NCBI RefSeq assembly: GCF_036365525.1 | Contig: NC_090414.1 | Coordinates: forward strand, 20,793,846-20,857,845 | DNA length: 64,000 nt | Origin: Heterodontus francisci | Lineage: Eukaryota | Direction: 5' to 3' | In this document: one piece after another, positions 49,463-61,420 of the stretch | Layout: the number at the start of each line of letters is the position of its first letter | How positions within the stretch are numbered: position 1 is the first letter of the stretch | Program-made: the position numbers and the translations under genes | Notes under the pieces: model-generated | Databases searched by the model: none | What the model was told of the DNA's origin: nothing | Seen by the model: the letters and a program-made list of their open reading frames with translations, nothing else

Positions 49463-49685
49463 CATCAAACACTCCCAGGACAGGTACAGCACGGGGGTTA
49501 GATACAGAGTAAAGCTCCTCTACACTGTCCCATCAAACACTCCCAGGACAGGTACAGCACGGGGGTTAGATACAGAGTAAAGCTCCCTCTACACTGTCCC
49601 ATCAAACACGCCCAGGACAGGTACAGCACAAGTGTAGTATCTGTTCTTAAAAAAAAAACAGGGGTTAGATACAGAGTAAAGCTCC
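49463..49685 (-). repeat. 70-bp satellite mini-array (reverse) carrying a U2-derived insert
   Basis: ~2.7 units in EFEMP2 intron. Confidence 0.92.
49629..49658 (+). pseudogene. Retroposed U2 snRNA fragment (about nt 28-48) with A10 tail
   Basis: CAAGTGTAGTATCTGTTCTTA matches the conserved vertebrate U2 sequence as recalled (..AAGAUCAAGUGUAGUAUCUGUUCUUAUC..). Confidence 0.8.
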
Positions 49686-49978
49686 AAAGTTGATGGTGAG
49701 TGTCAGGTGGTTAATGAGGGGAGACGTTCATTGCTGCATTCTGACTCAAGTCCCCGACAGTAACTGGGGTTCCAATGGGGTTTGGGAGATGCACGACAGG
49801 TTGCGGGGAGAAGAGGAGGAGTTAGGAAAGGATTTATCGGGTAACTTTGTGACTGGGCGGTTCATTATTACAGCTGGGAGGGGAGGATCATGTTAATGGC
49901 CACCCCCCCCCCTCCTCCTCTCCACCCCCTGCTTGCTTCCATCCATTCAATGCTACTTTGTGTGTTTTGATGATACAG

Positions 49979-50105
49979 ATGTGAATGAGTGTGAGACAGG
50001 GCAGCACCAGTGCAGCGAAAGCCAGAGGTGTACCAACGTGTATGGTGGATTCCGGTGTGTGGAGAGGAACCAGTGCCAGGAGCCCTACGTGCAAGTGTCA
50101 GACAA
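49979..50105 (+). CDS. EFEMP2: EFEMP2 coding exon 8
   Basis: [36 protein letters not shown]. Confidence 0.95.
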
Positions 50106-50751
50106 GTAAGGCCATCACTGCAGTCCGTTTCTGGTGGGGGGTTGTGGACAGGGTCAGTTCATCTGCCTTCTTCCTGGTAAACATACTGCCTGCTGGGGTG
50201 GAAACCCACAGCCAGGGTAGGCCCCAGATTTTACTCCTGCCCTTGCCGAGTTGCCAGACCCGAACTGGCGTGAGAGTGAGTTTTCGAAGTGAGGTCACTG
50301 TTGTAATGCAGGAAACGCGGCAGCCAATTTGTGCACAGCAAAATCCACAAACAGCAATGTGATAATGACCCAGATCATCTGTTTGTCGGTGATGTTGGGT
50401 TGAGGGATAAATATTGGGCCCAGGACATTGGGAGAACTCCCCCCCACCCCTGCTCTTCTTCCAATAGTGGCCGCGGGTTCTTTTACACCCACCCGAGAGG
50501 GGCAGACGGGTGGGGGGGGGGGGCCTCAGTTTAACATCTCATCCTGAAAGATGGCACCTCCGACAGTGCGGCACTCCCTCAGTACTGGCGCTGGGAGCGT
50601 CGGCCTGGATTTGTGCACTTAGGTCTTTCGCGCCTACAACCTTCTGACTCAGAGGTGGGAGAGAAACCCACTGAGCCACAGCCGACGCAGCCTATTAAGC
50701 CCTCTCTCTTCAACTAGGCATGTTGACTCTCTCTCTCTCTCGTCCTTGCAG

Positions 50752-50947
50752 CCGCTGTCTGTGTCATTCCACTACCCCAGGGTGTCAGGACAAGCCCGCC
50801 TCAATTGTCTATCGATACATGAGCATCACATCAAACAGGAGCGTCCCCTCGGACATCTTCCAGATCCAGGCCACAAGCATCTACCCCGGGGCCTACAACA
50901 CCTTCCGCATCAAGGCAGGGGGCGAGCAGGGGGACTTCTACATCCGG
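50752..50947 (+). CDS. EFEMP2: EFEMP2 coding exon 9 (fibulin C-terminal domain)
   Basis: [35 protein letters not shown]. Confidence 0.95.
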
Positions 50948-51087
50948 GTGAGTATATCGTAGCGAGCAAGAGAAGGATCGGCCATGTTTTTGTTGAACGG
51001 GCAGAACAGGCTTGAGGGGCTGAATGGCCTCCTCCTCTCCCTATGTCGGAACTAATTCTCCCCTTTTTTCTTTTTAAATCTCGACAG

Positions 51088-51249
51088 CAAATCAACAATA
51101 TCAGTGCGATGTTGGTGTTGGCCAAACAAGTGACAGGACCACAGGACTTTGTACTCGATCTGGAGATGGTTACAGTGAACCCGGTCATGTCTTATCAGTC
51201 GAGCTCAGTGCTGAGGCTGACAATATATGTTGGCTCTTATTCCTTCTAA
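51088..51249 (+). CDS. EFEMP2: EFEMP2 last coding exon
   Basis: [40 protein letters not shown]. Confidence 0.95.
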   Translation, partial: QINNISAMLVLAKQVTGPQDFVLDLEMVTVNPVMSYQSSSVLRLTIYVGSYSF

Positions 51250-53168
51250 AGGTGGGAGGGGTTTGGGGGGTAAACACTGCCGCTCATGTTACTGTAAAAG
51301 GAGTTCTTTTAACTTTTTGTCTTTAAGTGGTTAGTAACTAACACACCTTATGTTTAAACACCCATCTGTTATTGTCCTTTCATGTGTGGAACACGCAAAG
51401 TCCAACTTACTTTCATATTGCAACTTTGAGGCAACAAGCTTGGCCAAAGAGGTAGGTTTTAAGAGAGCAGCTGAGAAGGTGGAGAGGTTCAGGCTGGGGA
51501 TTCCAGTGCTCAGGGGCCCCAGGCAGCTGAAGGCACGGCCACCAATAAATTTGGGGCCGTGTGTTCAATCCTTCATTGCGTTTGACCGCTGCTCGGCTGC
51601 CCGGAGATTTTTATTTAAAAAAAAAAACAGATGATTCCTCATTCCAAAAAGAAAATGAGACTGTCCTGTAAATTATTCTGGGAGCTTTCCTCCTTCCAAG
51701 CTGTACATCACATCTCCCATGTGGGCCCCCCCACACAGATCAGTCAGCTTCACAGGACATCGAGCACAGAGGCGACACCTTAAACATCACTGAGTCTTCT
51801 GCAGGTTGCGAGGCTGCTGGCCCAAAGTGTTTGACGTCCCCAGCTCGAAGTAAAGCACTGTTCTTCACCGCAATCGTTTCCACTTTTTGACTTTTATTTC
51901 AATGTTTTTTTAAAACACCATTCTGATAGCACCTGGCCCTACGTCACTGGGTTTTGGCAGTGTTGGGGCTGTTAACATAGTGTTCACACTTTAAGGCTAA
52001 CAGGAGTTATACAAGTCTTCAAAACAACACACCAACGCTTCACCCCAAGGGCGAATAGCGGGCACCTCAATCAGAGTACATGGTTACTGCTAATTAGCGC
52101 TACACACGCACACAGACACACGAGCTCAAACTTTTGACAAAACATCAGACATTGAACAACATGTAGCACAGACAGTCACGGCACACAGTGGACACCAGCG
52201 CGTCTCAGACATTGGTGCGCTACTGAACAGCTGACTGGCTGGTCAGAGTGCACCACTGCGAGCACACACAGACTCTTCCCCACCCCACAAGGTACGAGAC
52301 TGAGAAATAACACAGCACATTAAAACATGTGACACAAGCAACGACAGGGAAGGTTAACGCATCCCGCAGGCAGGGGACACGAAGCCAGCTCCTGAACTGG
52401 CACAGTGGAGTATGGCGACTGGGTAAACTGGCACAAGTTCGAGAGAAGCCCAACAGCGTCCCTTCTCGCTCAGCACCCCCCCCCCCACCCCACCCCATCA
52501 GCATAGACTGGGCTGAGGGTTGTCAACTCCTTCCAGGACTGCCCTGGAGTTGCCAGCATTTGAAGATTTCATGCAGATAAATAATAATAATAAAAAAAGT
52601 TAATCCTACGTATATTTTAAAAGTACTTTTGGACAATTTGCCATCAGTTCACATTTGACAAGGTGCGGAGAGTTAAGATATCAATCAGCCATGGTTTAGC
52701 TGAATGATAGAACAGGATCGAGGGGCTGAATGGCCTCCTGTTCCTGTAACTTGCACCAGCATTGACTGCAGCGGGAAGAGGCACGGGTGTAAGAAATAAT
52801 ATTTGGCGTTTGTAGCCGCCAAAGTCAGGATGAAGGAGTTTATTGATGGCTTTACAGGGTCAATCATTTTCTAGAAATCAAAAAAGAAAAAGTATTTATT
52901 TGGTTTAAAATCTGGTCTGCGTCCAAAAGGTGATGAAGACCTTTCATTTTACTCATGATATTTTTTAAAAAACCCTTTCCTAGCAGTGAACTGATGGGCC
53001 GGCTTGAAAACAGGGCAGAAACATGGGAGCTCGGCTCCTGCTTTCTTTGTTTTTTTAAAAAAAAGGATTGCGAATGACAGCGGAATTCCAGGGCCGTGTC
53101 CTCCAATGGTTCAGGGTGTCCGCACTCGGGTCCAATTTGGTTGAGATTGATGGCAACGTTGACAAGAT

Positions 53169-53235
53169 TCAGCAGAGAGGTCCTTCCGTGCAGTACAGCT
53201 GAGACACAGTTTTGCTCAGCGCCGGTCCCAAATTG
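53169..53235 (-). CDS. MUS81: MUS81 last coding exon
   Basis: RNLGPALSKTVSQLYCTEGPLC*. Confidence 0.92.
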
Positions 53236-53918
53236 CTTGGGAAAATTTAAAAAACAAAAATTATTTACGCAATTGATTTAACGCACGGCGGAGAGACTTG
53301 CATTTGTATAGCGCCTTTCCCAATCTCAGGACAGCCCGAAGCACTTCAGGGCCAATGAAGGGACTTCCTTTCGAAGTGCGGTCACCCTTGTGATGTAGGG
53401 GAGGCCACTATGCGCACAGCACGATCCCTCAAACAGCAATGTGATAATGACCCAGATCATGTGTCTTTTTTTTTTAGTGATGTGAGTTGAGGGATAAGTA
53501 TTGGCCCCAGGATATCAGGGAGAACTCCCCGCCACCACCCCGTACTTCTTCCAATAGCGGCCGTGGGATCTTTTACAACCACCTGAAAGGGCAGACGGGG
53601 GCCTTCGTTTAATGGCTCATCTGAAAGACAGCACTTCAGACAGTGTGGCACTCCCTCAGTACCGATACAGGGAGTGTCAGTCTGGATTTCTGTGCTCAGG
53701 TCTTTAGAGTGGGACTCGATCCCACAACCTTCTGACTCAGCGCCAAGAGAGAGAGACACCCCCTGAGCCAGAGCGAGGAAGGGGACTTCACTCTTAATCC
53801 TGCACCCCTTCTACTGGGCTCATCTGATGGGGATCTACTTTTATCCCTTTACCTCCTCCGTTCCTCCTCCCCAGATCCCTTCAGACAGAGACAGTATTAA
53901 CACGGAGAGAGTGCTTAC

Positions 53919-54002
53919 CGCTGTGTGTTGCCACATTTGATGTTGGACAGCAGCTTCTCCCTCCCTCCTGCAGTCGGGCACTCCTCATAGGCTTTCATCA
54001 GG
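53919..54002 (-). CDS. MUS81: MUS81 exon
   Basis: SLMKAYEECPTAGGREKLLSNIKCGNTQ. Confidence 0.92.
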
Positions 54003-54810
54003 CTGCCAATGAGAAACAGACAGTCAGTCTGCCAACCAATCAGAAACACACAACGGTTACAAGCACACTTAATCTGCCAATCAGAAGCATGCAGTCAGTC
54101 TGCCAATCAGAAGCACGCAGTCAGTCTGCCAATCAGAAACACGCAGTCAGTCTGCCAATCAGAAACGCAGTCAGTCTGCCAATCAGAAGCGCAGTCAGTC
54201 TGCCAATCAGAAGCGCAGTCAGTCTGCCAATCAGAAACGCAATCAGTCTGCCAATCAGAAACGCAGTCAGTCTGCCAATCAGAAACGCAGTCAGTCTGCC
54301 AATCAGAAGCGCAGTCAGTCTGCCAATCAGAAGCGCAATCAGTCTGCCAATCAGAAACGCAGTCAGTCTGCCAATCAGAAACGCAGTCAGTCTGCCAATC
54401 AGAAACACGCAGTCTGCCAATCAGAAGCGCAGTCAGTCTGCCAATCAGAAACGCAGTCATTCTACCAATCAGAAACACAGTCAGTCTGCCAATCAGAAAC
54501 ACACAGTCAGTCTGCCAATCAGAAACACACAGTCAGTCTGCCAATCAGAAACACACAGTCAGTCTGCCAATCAGAAACGCAGTCATTCTACCAATCAGAA
54601 ACGCAGTCATTCTACCAATCAGAAACGCAGTCATTCTACCAATCAGAAACACAGTCATTCTACCAATCAGAAACGCAGTCATTCTACCAATCAGAAACGC
54701 AGTCATTCTACCAATCAGAAACACACAGTCAGTCTACCAATCAGAAGTGCACAGTCAGTCTACCAATCAGAAGTGCACAGTCAGTCTACCAATCAGAAGT
54801 GCACAGTCTA
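54003..54810. repeat. 24-26-bp CCAAT-containing minisatellite (~30 copies) abutting a MUS81 acceptor
   Basis: Unit GTCAGTCTGCCAATCAGAAACGCA. Confidence 0.94.
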
Positions 54811-55217
54811 TCAGTGTTTTTCCTTGCCTGCCTCAGGGATACTCACATTGTGACGATTATTGCATCAAGGCCAGTATTGGAGGAAAGCACAGAGATCACA
54901 GAGGGTTGTAGGGTCTGGAGGAGTTAAGAGATGGGGGGGGAGGGGGTGACGAGGGGGCCACGGAGAGATTTGAACAGGAGGATGAGAATTTAAAACCGGA
55001 GGGGTACGAGTACTGGCAGCCATCGTGGGATCGGAGAGCACAGGGGGGTGAGGGGGACGTGGGTGTGATTCCTGGGAGACTGGCCGGGAGAGCGCTGGAA
55101 TCGTCGAGCCTGGAGATAACAGCCGATGGGCTGAGGCAGCGGCGGAGACTGGGTGGATGTTACGGAGGTGGAGGGAGGCAGTTTGGGCTGTGCTCAAGTA
55201 GCAGGTCTGAATCGTAC

Positions 55218-55321
55218 CTGGCCACAGTATCGTAATGACGGAGGATGGCCACTGTTTTCTCCCCACTGATGCCATTGATTTGCATCAACTGCTTTGCAAA
55301 CACCTCCTTCACAGTCTGTGC
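55218..55321 (-). CDS. MUS81: MUS81 exon (HhH)
   Basis: [27 protein letters not shown]. Confidence 0.94.
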
Positions 55322-55659
55322 CTGTAAAACAAAGAGCAGCATTCCATCACGACCACCTGCATTTACATAGCACCTTTAGTCTAGTAAAAAAAAAAGGTCC
55401 CAAGCTGCTTCACAGGAGCGCTATCAAACAAAACTCGACACGGAGCCACATAACCAATGTACGTGGAAACACATTATCCGGTCATTTATCACACTGCTGT
55501 TTGTGGGATCTTGCTGTGCGCAATCCGGCCGCCGCGTTTCCTACAACCGCGACCACACTTCGAAAGTACTTCGTTGGCTGTGAAGTTCTTCAGGGTGTCC
55601 TGAGCCCACGGAAGGCGCGGCAGGAATGCAAGTCGTTCTTCGCATGGAGATAGGAGGAC

Positions 55660-55900
55660 CGGAAACCAAAAAGCTCGGTCAAAGAGGTCAGTTTTTAAGG
55701 AGCGTCTTAAAGGAGGAGGGAGAGAGGCGGAGAGGTTTAGGGAGGGAATTCCAGAGCTTAGGGCCCCCCAGGCAGCTGAAGGCACGGCCGCCAATGGTGG
55801 AGCGATGGGAATCGGGGGATGGACAAGAGGCCGGAATTGGAGGGAGCGCAGAGATCTCGGAGGGTTGTGGGGGCTGGAGGAGGTTAGAGAGATGGGGAGG
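55660..55900 (-). mobile_element. L2-like LINE 3' fragment
   Basis: [24 protein letters not shown]; further copies ~48660-48890 and 62680-62892. Confidence 0.72.
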
Positions 55901-56140
55901 GGGGGGGGGGTGTTGGGTGGAGGCCACGCCAGGATTTGTAAACATTTGGCAGTGGGACTGGGAGAAGTCAGTGAAGCAGAGGACAGAAGGCCCAGTGAGT
56001 TACTACAGTCTGCTGTCCAGCCAGTTGGGAATTGATGGCACTCCCAGCCCGAGCTCCCAACAGCGCAGCACGGCGGTGAGAATGGGGGGGGGGGGGGGGG
56101 GGGGGGTGCCCCAGGCGAGAATGGGAGAGGCCTCGCTCAC

Positions 56141-56263
56141 CCTGTTCTTCATGGCTCCTTCATTGAAGTCGCTGAAGGTGAGCAGAACGCAGGTGTCGGA
56201 GTCTGTATCCTTCCTGATGCACGCTGCCTGCTCTTCTTTCCGACAGCTCAGCAGCGTCTTTTG
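56141..56263 (-). CDS. MUS81: MUS81 exon
   Basis: QKTLLSCR..LLTFSDFNEGAMKNR. Confidence 0.92.
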
Positions 56264-57293
56264 CTGGGAAGCCAAGCAGAGAAAATCCTTTTAAACGGCC
56301 GTTCATCTCTTCACCGCAGACCTCGGCTCTTTTGGTTTTTGGGACCCGACTCCTAACCCAGAGAACTTAAGAGACAGGAGCAGGAGGGGACCATTCAGCC
56401 CCCTCGAGCCTGCTCCGCCATTCAATAAGATCCTGGCCTCAACTCCACTTTCCTGCCTGTCCCCCATAACTCTTATAGATCAAAAATCTGTCTAACTCAG
56501 CCTTGAATATATTCAATGACCCAGTCTCCACTGCTCTCTGGAGTAGAGAATTCCAAAGATTAACTACCCTCTGAGAGAAGAAATTCCTCCTCATCTCCGT
56601 CTTAAATGGGAGACCTCCTCATTCTGAAACTGTACCCCCTAGTTCGAGATTCCCCCACGAGGGGAAACATCCTCTCAGTATCCACCCCGTCAAAGCCCCC
56701 TCAGAATCTTACATGTTTCAATAAGATCACCTCTCATTCTTCTAAACTCCAATGAGTATAGGCCCAAACTTTCCTCAGAAGACAACCCCTTCATCCCAGG
56801 AATCAGCCGAGTGAACCTTCTCTGAACTGCCTCCAATGCTTGTATATCCCCCCTTAAATAAGGAGACCAAAACTGGACACACTAGGTGCAGTCTCAGCAA
56901 TGCTGCACGAGAGTGAGAACATTGAGCCTGCACAGGTTGAATCCATGCTCATTGAGGTTTCATTCCTCTCCTACATGGTGAGGCCCACTAGGGCAGTAGA
57001 AGCACTGCTGGATGTCAGCTCCTGACTCTTCTGCTTGTATTCTGTAACCTAACGCCCGGAGAGTGGGGAGAATGTGGAACTCGCTCCCACAGGGAGTGGT
57101 CGAGGTGAATAGTATCGATGTATTTAAGGGGAAGCTGGATAAACACATGAGGGAGAGAGGAATAGAAGGATATGTTGATGGGGGGGGATAGGAAGAGGAG
57201 GCTCGTGTGGGAGCAGAAACACCAGCAGGGAGCGGATGGGCCGAACGGCCTGTTTCTGTGCTGGAAATACTGTGCAACGATCTTTGCACCTAC

Positions 57294-57389
57294 CAGGTAG
57301 AGGTTCTGCAGGAATCTGGTCATGATGGTGAGGTAAGCTGCCGATTCTTTCACGTCTTTCGTTCGCTTCACAAAAAATCCATCCACAAC
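57294..57389 (-). CDS. MUS81: MUS81 exon
   Basis: [32 protein letters not shown]. Confidence 0.94.
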
Positions 57390-57929
57390 CTTCAGAGGCA
57401 ATGCACAAAGCACAGGATTGGTCAGAAGGAGCAGTGATACGGCAGGTCAGCAGGGGTTATTTCCAGTGGGTGAGGGATTGGTCAGAAGGGGCAGTGATAC
57501 GGCAGGTCAGCAGGGGTTATTTCCAGTGGGTGAGGAACTGTGGGGCCCCCGTGAAAAGATCATCAGTGAAGAACAAAGAGAGAGGTTAGCAGCAGCTCCT
57601 CAATTTCATTATTCCACACTGTGGCATTAGGACATGGAATTCCCAACAGGGAAGGGCGGGAAAGATGGGAAAGGGCGGAAGAGACGGGAAAGGGCGGGGG
57701 AGGGGGAAAACAGGTGGAAAGGTGGGAAGGCTGGGAGAGGCGGGAAGTCTGGGAGACCTGGAAATGGTGGGAGAGGCGGAAATGGTGGGAGAGGGGGAAG
57801 TAATTACAGCTTTTTAAAGATATTTGAAAAAGAAAAGTTCAAAAAAAGTATGAAGCTCAAGGCAGGAACTGGGAATAAGAGGAGAGGTTTTTCAGAGAGA
57901 AAGGGCACAGACAATTGGTACAACTGGAG

Positions 57930-60900
57930 AGGAGGGGGAGCGAGGAGGAGAGGGAAGCCGGGTGGAGGAGGAGGAGGGGGGGGGGGGGAGGAGGAGGGGG
58001 GGGCAAGCCAGGAGGAGGAGGAGGAGGAGGGGGAAGCCGGGAGGAGGAGGAGGAAGCCGGAAGGAGGAGGAGGAGGGGGGGGGGGGCAAGCCAGGAGGAG
58101 GAGGAGGAGGAGGGGGAAGCCGGGAGGAGGAGGAGGAAGCCGGAAGGAGGAGGAGGAGGGGGGGGGGGGGAAGCCGGAAGGAGGAGGAGGAGGGGGGGGG
58201 AAGCCGGGAGCAGGAGGAGGAGNNNNNNNNNNNNNNNNNNNNNNNNNNNNNNNNNNNNNNNNNNNNNNNNNNNNNNNNNNNNNNNNNNNNNNNNNNNNNN
58301 NNNNNNNNNNNNNNNNNNNNNNNNNNNNNNNNNNNNNNNNNNNNNNNNNNNNNNNNNNNNNNNNNNNNNNNNNNNNNNNAGGAGGAGGAGGGGGGGGGAT
58401 AGCCGGGAGGTGGAGGAAGCCGGGAGGAGGAGGGGAGGAGGAGGGGGGTAGCCGGGGGGAGGAGGGGGGTAGCCGGGAGGAGGAGGGGGAGGAGGAAGCC
58501 GGGAGGAGGAGGGGGAAGCCGGGAGGAGGAGGGGGAGGAGGGGGAGGGGGAGGAGGGGGAGGAGGAAGCCGTGAGGAGGAGGGGGAGGAGGAAGCCGTGA
58601 GGAGGAGGGGGGGGGGGGAAGCCGGGAGCAGGAGGAGGAGGGGGGGGAAAGCCGGGAGGAGGAGGAGGAGGGGGGGGAAAGCCGGGAGGAGGAGGAGGAG
58701 GGGCGGGAAAGCCGGGAGGAGGAGGAGGAGGGGCGGGAAAGCCGGGAGGAGGAGGAGGAGGGGGGGGAAAGCCGGGAGGAGGAGGAGGAGGGGGGGGGGG
58801 ATAGCCAGGAGGAGGAGGAGGAGGGGGGGGGGATAGCCGGGTGGAGGAGGAGGAGGGGGGGGGATAGCCGGGAGGAGGAGGAGGAGGGGGGGGGGATAGC
58901 CGGGAGGAGGAGGAGGAGGGGGGGGGATAGCCGGGNNNNNNNNNNNNNNNNNNNNNNNNNNNNNNNNNNNNNNNNNNNNNNNNNNNNNNNNNNNNNNNNN
59001 NNNNNNNNNNNNNNNNNNNNNNNNNNNNNNNNNNNNNNNNNNNNNNNNNNNNNNNNNNNNNNNNNNNNNNNNNNNNNNNNNNNNNNNNNNNNNNNNGGGA
59101 GGAGGGGGAAGCCGTGAGGAGGAGGGGGAGGAGGGGGAAGCCGTGAGGAGGAGGGGGAGGAGGGGGAAGCCGTGAGGAGGAGGGGGAGGAGGGGGAAGCC
59201 GTGAGGAGGAGGGGGAGGAGGGGGAAGCCGTGAGGAGGAGGGGGAGGAGGGGGAAGCCGGGAGGAGGAGGGGGAGGTAGCCGGAAGGAGGAGGAGGAGGT
59301 AGCCGGAAGGAGGAGGAGGAGGTAGCCGGAAGGAGGAGGAGGAGGTAGCCGGAAGGAGGAGGAGGAGGTAGCCGGAAGGAGGAGGAGGGGGTAGCCGGAA
59401 GGAGGAGGGGGAGGAGGGGGAAGCCGGGAGCAGGAGGAGGAGGGGGGGGGAAAGCCGGGAGGAGGAGGAGGAGGAGGGGGGGGAAAGCCGGGAGGAGGAG
59501 GAGGAGGAGGGGGGGGAAAGCCGGGAGGAGGAGGAGGAGGAGGAGGAGGGGGGGAAAGCTGGGAGGAGGAGGAGGAGGGGGGGGGATAGCCGGGAGGAGG
59601 AGGAGGAGGGGGGGGGATAGCCGGGAGGAGGAGGAGGAGGGGGGGGGATAGCCGGGAGGTGGAGGAAGCCGGGAGGAGGAGGGGAGGAGGAGGGGGGTAG
59701 CCGGGAGGAGGAGGGGGAGGAGGAAGCCGTGGGGAGGAGGGGGAAGCCGGGAGGAGGAGGGGGAAGCCGGGAGGAGGAGGGGGAGGAGGGGGAGGGGGAG
59801 GAGGAAGCCGTGAGGAGGAGGGGGAGGAGGAAGCCGTGAGGAGGGGGGGGGGGGGAAGCCGGAAGGAGGAGGAGGAGGGGGGGGGAAGCCGGAAGGAGGA
59901 GGAGGAGGGGGGGGGGAAGCCGGGAGCAGGAGGAGGAGGGGGGGGAAAGCCGGGAGGAGGAGGAGGAGGGGGGGGAAAGCCGGGAGGAGGAGGAGGAGGG
60001 GGGGGGATAGCCGGGAGGAGGAGGAGGAGGGGGGGGGATAGCCGGGAGGTGGAGGAAGCCGGGAGGAGGAGGGGAGGAGGAGGGGAGGAGGAGGGGGGTA
60101 GCCGGGAGGAGGAGGGGGAGGAGGGGGGTAGCCGGGAGGAGGAGGGGGAGGAGGGGGAAGCCGTGAGGAGGAGGGGGAGGAGGGGGAAGCCGTGAGGAGG
60201 AGGGGGAGGAGGGGGAAGCCGTGAGGAGGAGGGGGAGGAGGGGGAAGCCGTGAGGAGGAGGGGGAGGAGGGGGAAGCCGTGAGGAGGAGGGGGAGGAGGG
60301 GGAAGCCGTGAGGAGGAGGGGGAGGAGGGGGAAGCCGGGAGGAGGAGGGGGAGGAGGGGGAAGCCGGGAGGAGGAGGGGGAGGAGGGGGAAGCCGGGAGG
60401 AGGAGGGGGAGGAGGGGGAAGCCGGGAGGAGGAGGGGGAGGTAGCCGGAAGGAGGAGGAGGAGGTAGCCGGAAGGAGGAGGAGGAGGTAGCCGGAAGGAG
60501 GAGGAGGAGGTAGCCGGAAGGAGGAGGAGGAGGTAGCCGGAAGGAGGAGGAGGAGGTAGCCGGAAGGAGGAGGAGGTGGTAGCCGGAAGGAGGAGGTGGT
60601 GGTAGCCGGAAGGAGGAGGAGGGGGTAGCCGGAAGGAGGAGGAGGGGGTAGCCGGAAGGAGGAGGAGGGGGTAGCCGGAAGGAGGAGGAGGACGGGGGGG
60701 AAGCCGGGAGCAGGAGGAGGAAGGGGGGGAAGCCGGGAGGAGGAGGGGGAGGAGGAGGAGGAAGCCGGGAGGAGGAGGGGGGTAGCCGGGAGGAGGAGGG
60801 GGGTGAGGAAGCCGTGAGGAGGAGGAGGAGGAGGTAGCCGGAAGGAGGAGGAGGAGGAGGTAGCCGGAAGGAGGAGGAGGAGGAGGTAGCCGGAAGGAGG

Positions 60901-61420
60901 AGGAGGAGGAGGTAGCCGGAAGGAGGAGGAGGAGGAGGTAGCCGGAAGGAGGAGGAGGAGGAGGTAGCCGGAAGGAGGAGGAGGAGGAGGTAGCCGGAAG
61001 GAGGAGGAGGAGGTAGCCGGAAGGAGGAGGAGGAGGTAGCCGGAAGGAGGAGGAGGGGGTAGCCGGAAGGAGGAGGAGGGGGCGGGGGTAGCCGGAAGGA
61101 GGAGGAGGGGGCGGGGATAGCCGGGAGGAGGAGGAGGAGGGGAGTGTGGTGAGAGGAGGAGGAGGGGAGTGTGGTGAGAGGAGGAGGAGGGGAGTGTGGT
61201 GAGAGGAGGAGGAGGGGAGTGTGGTGAGAGGAGGAGGAGGGGAGTGTGGTGAGAGGAGGAGGAGGGGAGTGTGGTGAGAGGAGGAGGAGGGGAGTGTGGT
61301 GAGAGGAGGAGGAGGGGAGTGTGGTGAGAGGAGGAGGAGGGGAGTGTGGTGAGAGGAGGAGGAGGGGAGTGTGGTGAGAGGAGGAGGAGGGGAGTGTGGT
61401 GAGAGGAGGAGGAGGGGAGT
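57930..61420. repeat. GGA/AGCCGG purine-rich compound repeat in MUS81 intron, ending in a 26-bp array
   Basis: Direct inspection; includes N runs. Confidence 0.94.

Noticed and set aside
54009-54911. 250-300-aa repetitive ORFs
   Set aside because: Reading frames through a 24-bp minisatellite.
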